Virus record (IMG/VR): IMGVR_UViG_2563367173_000013
DNA: 64,000 nt
Strand: one strand, 5' to 3'
Source of the DNA: an uncultured virus (IMG/VR IMGVR_UViG_2563367173_000013)
Taxonomy: Duplodnaviria > Heunggongvirae > Uroviricota > Caudoviricetes
Below the pieces are notes generated by a model. It was not told the origin of the DNA. It worked only from the letters and a program-made list of their open reading frames with translations, and did not search any database. The position numbers and the translations under genes were made by a program. This document shows positions 11,074-22,552 of the stretch, in pieces. Every line of letters begins with the position of its first letter. Position 1 is the first letter of the stretch.

Positions 11074-12321
11074 TTATTCGATCCTGTAAATAATTTGCTC
11101 TTCATATATACGACTATCTGTATCCGGAAGCTTATAGTTTCTGACTATATCAGTATTATTAATACGATGTACGTACTTATAAGGTATACTGCAACGTTCT
11201 TCCACACCTCTTAGATACCATTCATATTCGTTATCTACTTGCCCAATATCTATAGCCTGATATCCGCAGCAAGCAAGATCATAAGCTAATACAGTTGCTG
11301 TTGGCCCTAATACGATTAAGAATAATTTCTTGTTATCCTGTTTTTTTGCTGCTTGTAATATCTCATCGTACTTGTCAAATGCCTGTTCCGTTGGTGCAAG
11401 TATCCTTTTTACAGATGCAGCCTGCTCTAGTAAATCGTTACCTACTCCCATTCGTGTAAATTCTCCTTCAATCAAAATAACATCCCGATTAGCCCAAATC
11501 TTTTTAATTTGCTCAAATCTTCTTCTGGCATTTTGTTTATCTTTATACATTAGATATGGTCTTGACAAAAAAGCATCGTAATACTCCCTTTCCATATCCA
11601 AAAGCTCCATGTGCTCCTGCCTAACACGTTCTGTCATATATTTCCTTATATCATTTGCAGTACTTTCTGTATACTTTTCCAAAGAACCATAATTATTAGC
11701 TATCGCGATGATAATATTATTATGATTTGATTGTAAGGCCTCTTTTAACCGTAATGCTAATTTATCATTAACCATCTGAAATCGTGGTCGTGCTCTTTTT
11801 TTTAATAATTCAAATTCTCCGTCTCCAAAACGAACAAGTGACGTACCTTCCTTACAGATCTTATCAATTGCCATATCTGGAGGCAATATCTTTGGAAAAT
11901 GAATTTCTCCTTTCCGTATTGCATCTGCTGCCTCATATTTTAAATTACCAATATAATAATGCACTGACTGCATATAATTATACACCAGTGCTTCTATACG
12001 CCAAGAATGTGCGTTTAAAATATCCCAATATAAAGGATTCACTGCATCTTCCATTTTAAAAAAACGAATAATTTTTCTTTCATCAACCCCTTCTTCAATT
12101 AATTGCTCTTCTATCCGTTCATATCTCATTACAGATATAACAATCAGATCATAATCATCCAGCATGTTTTTTATACCTACTACAGGAAGCCCATCTACAC
12201 CATCTGTATACTTTTCCGCAGCATTATCAACATACCCTAATATAACTACATTTTCATCTCTCAAACACCTTCGCAATGCTTGTTTTCCTTTTCCTACTCC
12301 AAAAATATATATATTTCTCAT
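11074..12321 (-). CDS. GT-D fold (DUF1792/SP_1767-type) glycosyltransferase with N-terminal Rossmann-like module
   Basis: SLVRFGDGE, LSRPY, LGPTATVLAYDL, QAIDIGQVDNEYEW. Start taken at MRNIY. Confidence 0.88.
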   Translation of the reverse strand: MRNIYIFGVGKGKQALRRCLRDENVVILGYVDNAAEKYTDGVDGLPVVGIKNMLDDYDLIVISVMRYERIEEQLIEEGVDERKIIRFFKMEDAVNPLYWDILNAHSWRIEALVYNYMQSVHYYIGNLKYEAADAIRKGEIHFPKILPPDMAIDKICKEGTSLVRFGDGEFELLKKRARPRFQMVNDKLALRLKEALQSNHNNIIIAIANNYGSLEKYTESTANDIRKYMTERVRQEHMELLDMEREYYDAFLSRPYLMYKDKQNARRRFEQIKKIWANRDVILIEGEFTRMGVGNDLLEQAASVKRILAPTEQAFDKYDEILQAAKKQDNKKLFLIVLGPTATVLAYDLACCGYQAIDIGQVDNEYEWYLRGVEERCSIPYKYVHRINNTDIVRNYKLPDTDSRIYEEQIIYRIE

Positions 12322-12363
12322 GCTGATTCCCCCACCATATATATTGCTCCCTTTCAATGATCC

Positions 12364-13548
12364 CTAAATTTGCTCTGCAGCAGGAATTCTTTTTTGTTTT
12401 GCGTATGCAGCTCCATTGCAATGTCTGCACATATCAAGATAGCCTTTCTTAGAATATCCCAAATTAAACTCCAAAAATACTTTTTTGTAATTTTCATCTG
12501 AAAGTTGTTCCAGATCCAGATAATCTTCTTGCCCTACATCAAATCCCATATTTTCAGATACACTTCTTGCCATCACACAATAATAAAATCTGTTTTTTCT
12601 GATTTCACGGCAATTTGTTTTGCACTCATCAAATCGCTTGATTATTTCTTCTTGTGGAGTTTCTTCATTATTCACATAATCAAAACCATAATCAAACCAT
12701 TCCACCTCAGGGCTACCTAATTCATAAGCAACACCTCTGCTCTTTAGCAATTGTTCCAATCTTTCATAAACAACTGTCAATCTTGGAATAGCACGAGAGT
12801 AATTAGAAATTTTTATTATCACCCGATACTTGATACACTGCTTCATCAATAATTCTGATGGAACTATTGTGCCGTTTGTCGCTATACTGAAGGTAATCAT
12901 CTTATCTCGGTATTTCTCACCAATATACTCCACAACTTGAGGCAATTTCTGATACAGCAGGGGTTCTCCTCCAATTAATACAAATTCTCTGATTATATCT
13001 ATTTTACTAAAAAATGAATTTGCGCTAAAATATACGTCTTCTAACGTTAACTCTGGGACTCTGTTTTCTTTATATGCACAAGCATGCGCGCATTTGCGAC
13101 ATTTTAAGGTGCATTTCTCCGTAAGTGAAATCTGAGCCAGTTCGACATATGATTTATCATAATAGTAAGTTATTAATATAGGATAAATCTTTCTAATAAA
13201 GTCCATCCACAAAAAATAATCTACTGATTGTACAAGTCCCGCGTCTACCGCCTGAGCACACAATGCCGAGATATTTTTGATATCTGCTGCGATTACCAAA
13301 AGACCTTTCTTAGAAATCTTCATATAGTCTGAAAAAGACATCACGCCTGTTCCATCTACTCCATTTTTCTGCTTTTCCTCATTATTATCAATAAATCCGC
13401 CAAAGCAACCAAATAGTTCCAGACGCTGTCGTATATCCTTTCCCAGTATCCCTGCACCAAATACAAATATCTTCCTTCCATTACAAAAAGTCCGTATAAT
13501 CTGTTCCGCATCCTTATCGTATTCATGTCCTGGATTATTCCACTGCAT
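12364..13548 (-). CDS. Radical SAM protein with N-terminal Rossmann-like module
   Basis: CTLKCRKC, GGEPLL, TNGT, C-terminal CRHC. Confidence 0.88.
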   Translation of the reverse strand: MQWNNPGHEYDKDAEQIIRTFCNGRKIFVFGAGILGKDIRQRLELFGCFGGFIDNNEEKQKNGVDGTGVMSFSDYMKISKKGLLVIAADIKNISALCAQAVDAGLVQSVDYFLWMDFIRKIYPILITYYYDKSYVELAQISLTEKCTLKCRKCAHACAYKENRVPELTLEDVYFSANSFFSKIDIIREFVLIGGEPLLYQKLPQVVEYIGEKYRDKMITFSIATNGTIVPSELLMKQCIKYRVIIKISNYSRAIPRLTVVYERLEQLLKSRGVAYELGSPEVEWFDYGFDYVNNEETPQEEIIKRFDECKTNCREIRKNRFYYCVMARSVSENMGFDVGQEDYLDLEQLSDENYKKVFLEFNLGYSKKGYLDMCRHCNGAAYAKQKRIPAAEQI

Positions 13549-13580
13549 CCTAAATCCTCCATTTTATAGTCAGAAGTATC

Positions 13581-14315
13581 TTAACTCAGAATTAAGTCCT
13601 TTAATATTTTTTTTAATAATTCCATACCAGACAGTCCGCCATATAAAAATCTTATAATACTTGCTTCATATAATGCTCTTTTACCTGATGAAGCTCCACC
13701 AGTTCTAAAGTTTGTTACCACATCTTCCACACAAACAAATTTAACTATTTCTGTTTTATCAAGGCGCAGCAGTAATTCATAATCAGCTGCCATTTTCCAA
13801 CCTTCCACATACAGCCCAAAATCTTTATATATATTTCTTGATATAAAACAAGTTGGATGAGGTATTACAATATTTAATAGGTCGTAATGTTTGTTTTTAC
13901 ATATATATCGTCCTTTACTACGTGACAGAATTCTCATATAACCATATAAAACCTGGTACTCCCCCTCTTTATACTTTTCTGCCATTTTCTCAACAGTGCT
14001 TCTTTCATAGTAATCGTCACTATTAACAATGCCAATTAACCTGCCTGTTGACATTCGTATCCCTTTATTCATCGCATTATAAATTCCTTTATCCGGCTCA
14101 CTAACGTAACGCAACCTGCCACGAAACTTAGGTATATACTCTTTAATAATGTCTACCGTATGATCTGTAGAACCACCATCTATTACAATATATTCAATAT
14201 TTTTATATGTTTGATACAATACACTCTCAATCGTATCTCTTATAGTTTTTTCACTGTTAAAGCAAGGTGTAATGATAGAAATCTTAATGTGATCCATATT
14301 CAGCTCAACCTCCAA
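13581..14315 (-). CDS. GT2 glycosyltransferase (WcaE-like)
   Basis: ISIITPCFN, IDGGSTD, SEPDKGIYNAMNKG, NSDD, ADYE. Confidence 0.9.
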   Translation of the reverse strand: MEVELNMDHIKISIITPCFNSEKTIRDTIESVLYQTYKNIEYIVIDGGSTDHTVDIIKEYIPKFRGRLRYVSEPDKGIYNAMNKGIRMSTGRLIGIVNSDDYYERSTVEKMAEKYKEGEYQVLYGYMRILSRSKGRYICKNKHYDLLNIVIPHPTCFISRNIYKDFGLYVEGWKMAADYELLLRLDKTEIVKFVCVEDVVTNFRTGGASSGKRALYEASIIRFLYGGLSGMELLKKILKDLILS

Positions 14316-14316
14316 C

Positions 14317-14793
14317 TTACACCTCGTACAAAATATCTTCTAATGATAAAATCGGACAATTAAGCTTCGCTGAAAGTGCTTTTTCTATATCATCAAAATA
14401 AGTAATAGCCGTTACTACTACTGCATCCACTTCTTCCAGTTCACTATCTACAGATACAACTTCCAATTCTACATTTAAAGCACTTGTTTTTTTATCTATT
14501 CCATATACAATTTCTACACTTGTATCTCTTAGTTCATCAAAAAAAGTTTCTCCTGCATAACTCATTCCATAAATTGCTATTTTTTTATAACCATGCTCTT
14601 CAAAATAAGATGTAAGATTTTTCCCTTCCTGTTTCACCTTTACCCACTGGTTCATCATAAGAAACAATGCCAAATGTTTATCTGCCAATGATTGAACCTG
14701 CTGCTTGTTTTTTAACAAAGTTTTTTTTACTACACCTGCACCAATCGCTGATCCTGTTAATAACGATAATACTGAAATAACCGGTTTGTTCAT
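14317..14793 (-). CDS. Hypothetical protein: N-terminal hydrophobic helix + stand-alone Rossmann-like module
   Basis: IAIYGMSYAG...YGIDK...VDAVVVT; paralog of 8768..9232. Confidence 0.78.
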   Translation of the reverse strand: MNKPVISVLSLLTGSAIGAGVVKKTLLKNKQQVQSLADKHLALFLMMNQWVKVKQEGKNLTSYFEEHGYKKIAIYGMSYAGETFFDELRDTSVEIVYGIDKKTSALNVELEVVSVDSELEEVDAVVVTAITYFDDIEKALSAKLNCPILSLEDILYEV

Positions 14794-14853
14794 TTTAAAT
14801 TTCTCCTCTCTATAATTAGTTAAGTTTCTTTTTCAAAAAGCTATTTCCATCTC

Positions 14854-15906
14854 CTATTTTTTGATAAAATGAAAAAGTCCATATCGATATTCTCCATTAT
14901 GCCCGTCATTATCATACTTGTAAATATCAACATTATACTCAATTTTGCCCCCTGCTGTACAGGAAAATTCTGCCAATTCCATCATGCTGAAACATTCTGC
15001 TATTGTACTTGCAAAAAAAATTCTATGTGCATTAAATTCTATTCTTTCTTTTCCAATAGGAAGAGAGAGATACAAATTACCTCCTTTTCTTATCCTTTTT
15101 TGAATTTCTTCAAAACACTTAAAACATGCTTCCGGATCAATTGGGTCACCATATCTTCCCAGTCCAAAATGTTCCAGAGAACATAGCGCAGACATGCTTT
15201 CTATACTATCCATTGATACTTGCTTGAGTGTTGTAGCATCATCTACAATTGTATGAAGTCCTTCTACCTCTCCCGGAAAATCTCTTATATCAATTAATGT
15301 TACATCTATCTCCATTGCTAACAGATGTGCAATAAATCCATCTATTCTGGATCCTATATCAAAATGCTTTTCAACACCGGATTGTTTAATCAGTTTTGCT
15401 GCCCATAAATCCTGCCAAAAATAATTTCCAACAATTCCTGCCTTTCTATATTTATCGAAAATAATCGGCCAAAGATTATCTTCATTAATTCGAAAATTCT
15501 CCCTTATATTTCTTCTTTCATATTCTCTCAAATCCTCTTTGAAAAAAGAATCCTTGTATAGTTTATATTGATCACAATACTTTGTATAGTTTTTTTCATT
15601 TAATATTTCTCGTAATATATGAATATCAGTTACTCCTTCCTTTTTCGTGATCGGACATAAAAATATAAACTTTTTCAAATCAAAATTTCTTTGAATGCAC
15701 TCATTATAAATTTGATCCGAATAAACATTTGCTACAATCACATAATCAAATTCCGGCCACTGATCATCCATACTATAAACAGGCTTATTTCTAAACTCTT
15801 TTGCATGTTTTTTTGTTTCCAAAAATCCAACAATGTTTCCATTAACTTCATTATTACAGACTTCTGCAGCTATTTTTCCTGTTCCCCATATTAATATTTT
15901 TTTCAT
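14854..15906 (-). CDS. DUF268-type methyltransferase-like protein with N-terminal Rossmann-like module
   Basis: YFWQDLWAA, HFDIGSRIDGF, LEHFGLGRYGDPIDP, FNAHRIF. Confidence 0.8.
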   Translation of the reverse strand: MKKILIWGTGKIAAEVCNNEVNGNIVGFLETKKHAKEFRNKPVYSMDDQWPEFDYVIVANVYSDQIYNECIQRNFDLKKFIFLCPITKKEGVTDIHILREILNEKNYTKYCDQYKLYKDSFFKEDLREYERRNIRENFRINEDNLWPIIFDKYRKAGIVGNYFWQDLWAAKLIKQSGVEKHFDIGSRIDGFIAHLLAMEIDVTLIDIRDFPGEVEGLHTIVDDATTLKQVSMDSIESMSALCSLEHFGLGRYGDPIDPEACFKCFEEIQKRIRKGGNLYLSLPIGKERIEFNAHRIFFASTIAECFSMMELAEFSCTAGGKIEYNVDIYKYDNDGHNGEYRYGLFHFIKK

Positions 15907-15974
15907 TGCTCCAATCCTCATATACTACCAATCACTGCCAAAACCCAGAATGTTTTATCCATTTCCAACTATGT

Positions 15975-16976
15975 TTATCTATGCTTATGAAAAAATCTAG
16001 TATTCTTATATACTCCCTTATCAATGATTTCCAGATCTTCATATACTTTTCCAATCGCCATCTTATTCATCTGTGCACATACTGCAACCTGGGATAAGCC
16101 CGCTACTAAACCATCACACAATGCCAGAGTATACATATCACGAATTACTTCAAGTCCCAATCTGTATTTATGATATTTTCTTTTTTCTTTTCTAAATGCA
16201 ACTGATACATTTTTATCGCTTCTGACAACATCTTTATAATAACACATTCGATTTCCATATTTTGCTATAAATTTAGTTAAAATCCGTTTATCATCTGTGG
16301 CAACAAATACCTTATTATATTTTTTATTATCAAGTAGTCGGTCTATTACATGAAAACAATCCTGCGCATCTACATATATTGGATGGTTGTTATAACACCC
16401 TCTGAAATCTGTTCCTCGGATATGAACGCCCAAAATTTTCTTATTATGTAAATCAATCTTCTCTATGCTATCACTTATAAATTTCCATGTGAATTTGTTG
16501 AACTTAAAATATTTTTTTACAATTTCACTCATAGTCTCCATATATTTTTGCGTATACATATAATTACTAATTTTCCCAGTAAATACAAGTTCAACAATTT
16601 TACGATGAGATAAATTAGAATATATTACTTTATTAGATAGATTCACCTGATTTAACTCAATTCTGGATGGCTGAAGAAAATAATATTCAAATGGATTTTT
16701 TGTCCCATGAATACTCTTTTCTTCTCTATAAGCAAAACTATTTCCTGCAAATATAACAGGAAAATAATTGCATATATCTGCAAAATATAAATATTCAGCC
16801 CAATAACGATACATTGCAAAAAAACCAAGGTCTCCATTATCTTCACATATATAATATATTAACTTATCTTTGTTCTTCTTACCGAAACATCTTGGCACTA
16901 AATTTAAGCATTCGTTAATATCAGCAGTTGTTTCCGTTGTCAATTTCTGAAAAAAGTTCATATTCTTTCCTCCCAA
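15975..16976 (-). CDS. Fucosyltransferase-like protein (NodZ/O-FucT-type)
   Basis: LGVHIRGTD, VFVATDD, DMYTLALCD..S; gmd/fcl in the same island. Confidence 0.75.
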   Translation of the reverse strand: MGGKNMNFFQKLTTETTADINECLNLVPRCFGKKNKDKLIYYICEDNGDLGFFAMYRYWAEYLYFADICNYFPVIFAGNSFAYREEKSIHGTKNPFEYYFLQPSRIELNQVNLSNKVIYSNLSHRKIVELVFTGKISNYMYTQKYMETMSEIVKKYFKFNKFTWKFISDSIEKIDLHNKKILGVHIRGTDFRGCYNNHPIYVDAQDCFHVIDRLLDNKKYNKVFVATDDKRILTKFIAKYGNRMCYYKDVVRSDKNVSVAFRKEKRKYHKYRLGLEVIRDMYTLALCDGLVAGLSQVAVCAQMNKMAIGKVYEDLEIIDKGVYKNTRFFHKHR

Positions 16977-17039
16977 ATTTTAGCTGGTAAAACATATTCC
17001 CGAATATAACCCTGGCTTTTATCAATATTCATCATCACT

Positions 17040-18275
17040 TTATATGCTATTATAAATTTCCAATAACCTCTGCAAATTACCTCCTCGATGATATAATTCT
17101 TCCGCACGCTTTCGTCCATTTAATGACAGCCTGCATGCTAACTCATCATCCTCAAACAACCTGCATATATAATACGAAAGCATACCTACTGTATTTGGCT
17201 GATATAACAGACCTTCGGTGTCATGATGTAAAATGCTTGGTATCCCTCCAACAAATGAAGCAATGACTGGTGTTCCAACAAGCATTGCTTCACCAATAGA
17301 ATTAGGGGAATTTTCAATATTAGATGGCATCACTGTAACATGTGCATTTAGCAGTTGTTTGCACATCTCCTTTTCATTAATTTCACCCATAAAAGTAACA
17401 TATTGTCCTAATTCCTTTTTATCTAATAAACCTTTTATATATTTTCCATATGGATCATGATTCATAAGTACATTTGTACCTGCCACATATACTCTTGTCT
17501 GCGGATACTTTTTAATTACTCCCGGAAGTTCAACTAATAAATTATGCAGTCCTTTTATCGGGTAATTGCCCTGACTGACAAAAATCGTATACTTCTTCGC
17601 CCTATCTAGTTCCCATTTCTCATTGTAGAAACTGTCCCTTAAAGTCTCACTGCAATAATAATATGTACAATTTCCATTAATTCTCTGAATATAAGCTCTA
17701 TCCCAATCTGTCCGTCCTATCACATGTCTTACACTTTTTAAAACTTTAATTTCATTATCCGTACGTTTTGAAAACTCTCTATATTGGTCTAAAATTGTTT
17801 GGTACCTGCCACCAAAGAACCCTCCTTTAAAATATGCAGGCCACGAAATACCATCTAAATAGTGTTTAACACATTCAGATACCAATCCCTGTATAGAAAC
17901 AATTATTATATCCTTCTTTTTCACACACTCCATACAAGCTACCGCATGCGGCATTTCTGTTCCAAAAATATGGATAATATCTGGGCGAACTTCATTAACT
18001 ATCTTCCCAATTTGAATTCTAACACTTTCTTCAACTGTGTATAGATTATTATACTTAGCATAAAAACAGTGAAAATGAATTGCCTGTTTATCAATATTTA
18101 CAATTCTTTGTTCCCTATTTTGTGGGCATGCATAATGAAATTCAATATCTTCCTGTTTCCTAAGCTCATTGGATATTCCGATAAGCCAGCCTTCTTTTAC
18201 GTTAAATTTTCTGAACCTGCTTGATAATTCCGGCAACATGGTATTGCACAGCCAAAGTATTTTTTTCATATACAT
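17040..18275 (-). CDS. GT4 glycosyltransferase
   Basis: PDIIHIFGTE, KGLH, PSNIENSPNSIGEAMLVGTPVIASFVGG. Confidence 0.9.
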   Translation of the reverse strand: MYMKKILWLCNTMLPELSSRFRKFNVKEGWLIGISNELRKQEDIEFHYACPQNREQRIVNIDKQAIHFHCFYAKYNNLYTVEESVRIQIGKIVNEVRPDIIHIFGTEMPHAVACMECVKKKDIIIVSIQGLVSECVKHYLDGISWPAYFKGGFFGGRYQTILDQYREFSKRTDNEIKVLKSVRHVIGRTDWDRAYIQRINGNCTYYYCSETLRDSFYNEKWELDRAKKYTIFVSQGNYPIKGLHNLLVELPGVIKKYPQTRVYVAGTNVLMNHDPYGKYIKGLLDKKELGQYVTFMGEINEKEMCKQLLNAHVTVMPSNIENSPNSIGEAMLVGTPVIASFVGGIPSILHHDTEGLLYQPNTVGMLSYYICRLFEDDELACRLSLNGRKRAEELYHRGGNLQRLLEIYNSI

Positions 18276-18296
18276 TTCCTCTATTAAATTATTTGC

Positions 18297-19529
18297 TTAA
18301 TTAAGAGACTGCATCCACTTATTATATAAATTATGTCGTTCCTGCTCTGAGTAAAAGAATCTCATATATTCATTTCGCATATATATATCTTTCAATTTTT
18401 CTTTAGTAACTGAGGCAAAATTCTCTTGATATGCTCTATATGCAAATCTATATGTTTTTTCTCTGCCCTCATTACTCTTCTGCATATGAAACCGCTCTAT
18501 GCCAAGAAATTCACCTATAACATTCTCCAACTCATTTAATTTCTCCATTTTTATCAATAATAATTCAATATTTCCTTTTTTGATTATACTATACCCTTTT
18601 TCTTGATTAAACGAATATTGAAACACATCAATTTTAAATAATTTTTCTATTTCATTATGAAACCATTCAAACTGCACGTTTTCAAATCCCTCTCCACCAA
18701 AAAAGTAATTCTCAACCTCAAAAAAATCTGCCTCTAAGCTATATCGTCCCGTTTCACACATAACCTGCCACATTGCAGATATTAATCTTGCAATGGGATC
18801 TCTTACCAAAGTAATTATTTTCCCGGATTTCATATTCACTAGGTTATACAAGTCATTTTCCTTTTCTTCAATACCTGCCAATGTGTGACAATGCAATGCA
18901 TATCTATTGTAGTCCTGTAATGTGTTATAGATAGTTGTTGATCCTACCTTTCCAACTTGATATATCAAAATAATTTCGTCATCATGTAATGGTAAAAAAG
19001 AAAAATATCTAAATGCATTCAATTTTAATTTATCTATCGACGATCTATTACAAATCCTTTCTTCCTCTCGTTTATTTAATTTTCTCAAACGATAATCTTT
19101 TTTTATATATGGATGATTAATATTAAAATAAATTCCCCATTTTATTGCATATTCTGTGTAAATATCTACTGCATCTCCATAAGTATTTACAATTTTCTTT
19201 AATATTTCATCCTGCGCCTTTATTTCTTTAACTGTCACTAAAAATATAACATCCTCAAGATTAACCTGATACAATTCACTTTTCAACATTTCTGGCAGTA
19301 AAATCTTTTCTTCAATTTCATTTTGTCCCCCGCCTCCATATGTATCACAAAGATATATGCCTTTATTTCCAGCACCCATGGCTTTCAATTCTTTCAAAAT
19401 CAGTCTACCTATATATCCAACACCCCAAATAACAATCTTTTTTTTAAATAAAGGTGCAATATCTTTTAATAAATCCAAATCTTTTATCATAATACTACCT
19501 TCGCAAATCTTTCTATTATTTATATCCAT
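18297..19529 (-). CDS. NKWYS-type (sulfotransferase-like) capsular synthesis family protein with N-terminal Rossmann-like module
   Basis: IYQVGKVGSTT, IITLVRDPIARLIS, FFYSEQE..NKW. Confidence 0.7.
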   Translation of the reverse strand: MDINNRKICEGSIMIKDLDLLKDIAPLFKKKIVIWGVGYIGRLILKELKAMGAGNKGIYLCDTYGGGGQNEIEEKILLPEMLKSELYQVNLEDVIFLVTVKEIKAQDEILKKIVNTYGDAVDIYTEYAIKWGIYFNINHPYIKKDYRLRKLNKREEERICNRSSIDKLKLNAFRYFSFLPLHDDEIILIYQVGKVGSTTIYNTLQDYNRYALHCHTLAGIEEKENDLYNLVNMKSGKIITLVRDPIARLISAMWQVMCETGRYSLEADFFEVENYFFGGEGFENVQFEWFHNEIEKLFKIDVFQYSFNQEKGYSIIKKGNIELLLIKMEKLNELENVIGEFLGIERFHMQKSNEGREKTYRFAYRAYQENFASVTKEKLKDIYMRNEYMRFFYSEQERHNLYNKWMQSLN

Positions 19530-19542
19530 TGGATATCCTTCA

Positions 19543-20501
19543 CTACTTTATAGCAACAATCATACATCTGTTTTCATCAAAAGCCCTTCCTCCAATTTCA
19601 CAAATTGCTTCAAATAATTCATGGCTAACCTGTTGTTCTATTGTAGAATAATGTTTTGGCCATACTTCCTGTACTTTTTTTACTGAATATACAAAGTATC
19701 CTGCTGCTTTAAAAAGATTTCCAAGTGTTAGGCAATTCCATGTATACAAATGATAATTAATCTCACTTCTTTGATATTCAGTATCGCAAGATTCATTTGG
19801 AACATAAAAAATAGCTTTTCCGCCATCCTTCAACTTATTTCTTAATTGTTTTAAAGCTGTGAGAGGACTTTCTACATGCTCCAGTACACTAGAAGAAATA
19901 ATCACATCCACATAATCATCCGGGATATCATCTATATATTTTACACTTCTTATCCCTAATTTTTTTGCTTTTTCTCTTGCAGTGTCATTAATTTCTATTC
20001 CTATTTTTTCTTTTGCATCGAGATTATTCAATAAATATCCTCCCCCGGATCCGAATTCCACAATTACCATATCTTTGTTTATATATGGTCTGAACATAGG
20101 CGCTTTCACCTTTCCTCCAAACTTACCCAATTCCTGCTGAAATGCAAAATATTGTTCATCGTAATATTCTTCCCCCCGCCAAAATCAATCTGTGAAATTG
20201 ATATAAAATTATAAATATTCTGATCATATAACTGATACCGAATTTCTCTTTCATAATTACTGCATAATATAATCACAATTTGATCATTATTTAATTTTTT
20301 CAGCTCTTCTACTGAAATAATCTTTAATCCAAATAATACCTGCTCCTGTTTCTTTTCATCATTATCGCAAAAAGCAATAACACAATAGCCAAATCCCTTC
20401 AATCTGGCATAACCTTTTTTTCCTATATGGCCAGCGCCAAAGATTACAATTTCTTTATCTTTTAAATACTTTATATAGTCAATATCCTTATTTATATACA
20501 T
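19543..20501 (-). pseudogene. Class I SAM methyltransferase with N-terminal Rossmann-like module, frameshifted at G6 (20172-20177)
   Basis: Adding one G joins ISQIDFGGG to EEYYDEQYFAFQQELGKFGG. Downstream motifs VEFGSGGG and SVLEHV. Confidence 0.8.
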
Positions 20502-20650
20502 TTTCTACTATTCTCCTTACATCCATTATCTTTAAACAAGGAATCCATATTTCCCGTTTTCTACTCATAAAATCGTTAATTTTATCATTATATCTCCTAC
20601 GATTTTAATCCCATTTAATAATCTAAACATGTCCTATAAGTTCCTAATTT

Positions 20651-22486
20651 TCATTTATATGCGTATATCATTCCTCTGTTTTCACTTTTGTCAATGCACC
20701 AAAAAGAAAATCCGGCATATCTTAAGCAGGACAAAATATTTTTCTTCCCAGTACCATACCAATGCAACATAATAAAAGAAATACTAGTAAGAACCTCTCC
20801 ACCAAAAAGCCTGTTTATGATGTTGTATTCTTCTCTTTCACTATCTATTTTAAGTATAACATTACAATCGGCATGTCTATGAATAATTGGAGCAAATTCA
20901 TCACAAGCATCTTTAAATTCTATTTGTTCCTGTTTCTCGTACTCTGTATCATATTTAAATCGAATCATTTTTCTACCATTATCACTACTTATTCCATACC
21001 GGAATATTTCAACTTGGTCTGAATCCAGTAAATACTTATGCAAATTGCTTTTTGCTTCCAGATAATCATCTTCATAAGTCTCATAAGCGTATACTTTCTT
21101 TACCTTCTCACAATTTATAAAATATAGCGCGGAATTACCGTTCTTCATACCAACATCTAATATAATGTCATCTTTCTCATTATTTACAAAATATTGATAT
21201 ACCTTTTCTATCAAAATTTCACATGCTTTCTCAAAATCTTCCAATGATCTTACTTTCAACGACAATTTCTCATTAGTAACAGATAACGTTCCCTCGGGAG
21301 AAATCAGTATATTTTCTAAATAATCACTATACTTTCCATAATAATTGTGCCCTAGTAATATTCTTTCCAAGCTGATTTTTCTAGATAGTAACTCTTTTAT
21401 GATATTTATGCAATCCTGAATATTTTGAATCATAATAAGAATTTTGTCGTAATGATATTGCTCAATATTATTTGTACGAATAATCTTTGTACCAGCATAC
21501 CATCCCTTTTTTTTATTATCAATAAAGGCAACAACATAATACTTTTCATTAATTTCTTTTTCATTGTAAAAATAAAAATTACCCAATCCATAAACCAGAA
21601 TTTTTTCTTTTAACCCATTATCCTCATTTGCAGCTGTATAATTTCCATGTAAACTGGCAAATGCTTTTTTTGTACTATCTAATATCGTTATCTCATCTGG
21701 CAATTTAAAATCAACTTTAATATCATCAGACAGTTTCACCTGAAATTTATCCGTTTTACCACAATGAACCCCCGTCCCATCCATACCAATGTTATTAATC
21801 AGGGAATTATACGGATTAATACATACTCCTTCATTTTCAATAACTATCAATGCCCAATAAATCGCCCACGAATTATTCTCTCCTAGAAGTTTGTCAAGAA
21901 ACATTCTCTCACAATCATTCCCCCATGTAGCCAAATTTCTCAATTTTGTTGGGTCTTGCTTGAATCGTTTTATGATTTCGTTATCTGTATTATATTTTTG
22001 CCAGCGATCTTTCCATGTTCCCCATCCCCACGAAGAAATACGCCCACATCCATATACATCATATTGTTTTTTTTCCATTCTAATCGGCCAGCTATATCCA
22101 CTTATGGAATATATGTCTTTTTTATGTTCATATTTTTCAAAACATTGTGCCATAAAATGAATAAAATCAGGAGCTGTAACACAATCATCTTCTAACACAA
22201 TCACAGCATCATGTTTTTTAAATGCGTAGCTTATTCCTGAAACAATCGATTCAGCCAATCCTTTGTTATGTTCTGACACAATAATTTCTTTATTACACCA
22301 GTCTATAGAATTGATTAACTTATTTACTTTTTCCCATTCATTGGCATCATTCTCATACCCTTGTTTTAATCCATCCTGAAAAACAATCAAACTCTCTAAT
22401 AAAACAGTATTCTGCCTTAATGATTGAATTACCTTCTGCGTATGTATACTTCTATTATATGTAAACAATAATGTTGCAATCTTCAT
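20651..22486 (-). CDS. GT-A glycosyltransferase fused to a Rossmann-like module and a degenerate FkbM-like methyltransferase domain
   Basis: FTYNR, NKGLAESI, IVLEDD, SSWGWGTW; C-terminal LDVGM, YAYE, LKIDSE. Confidence 0.8.
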   Translation of the reverse strand: MKIATLLFTYNRSIHTQKVIQSLRQNTVLLESLIVFQDGLKQGYENDANEWEKVNKLINSIDWCNKEIIVSEHNKGLAESIVSGISYAFKKHDAVIVLEDDCVTAPDFIHFMAQCFEKYEHKKDIYSISGYSWPIRMEKKQYDVYGCGRISSWGWGTWKDRWQKYNTDNEIIKRFKQDPTKLRNLATWGNDCERMFLDKLLGENNSWAIYWALIVIENEGVCINPYNSLINNIGMDGTGVHCGKTDKFQVKLSDDIKVDFKLPDEITILDSTKKAFASLHGNYTAANEDNGLKEKILVYGLGNFYFYNEKEINEKYYVVAFIDNKKKGWYAGTKIIRTNNIEQYHYDKILIMIQNIQDCINIIKELLSRKISLERILLGHNYYGKYSDYLENILISPEGTLSVTNEKLSLKVRSLEDFEKACEILIEKVYQYFVNNEKDDIILDVGMKNGNSALYFINCEKVKKVYAYETYEDDYLEAKSNLHKYLLDSDQVEIFRYGISSDNGRKMIRFKYDTEYEKQEQIEFKDACDEFAPIIHRHADCNVILKIDSEREEYNIINRLFGGEVLTSISFIMLHWYGTGKKNILSCLRYAGFSFWCIDKSENRGMIYAYK

Positions 22487-22552
22487 TTCTATCTCCTGTT
22501 TTTTGCAGAAATATGATTTGAAATTATGATATTTATAGATTGAAAATTTCCA

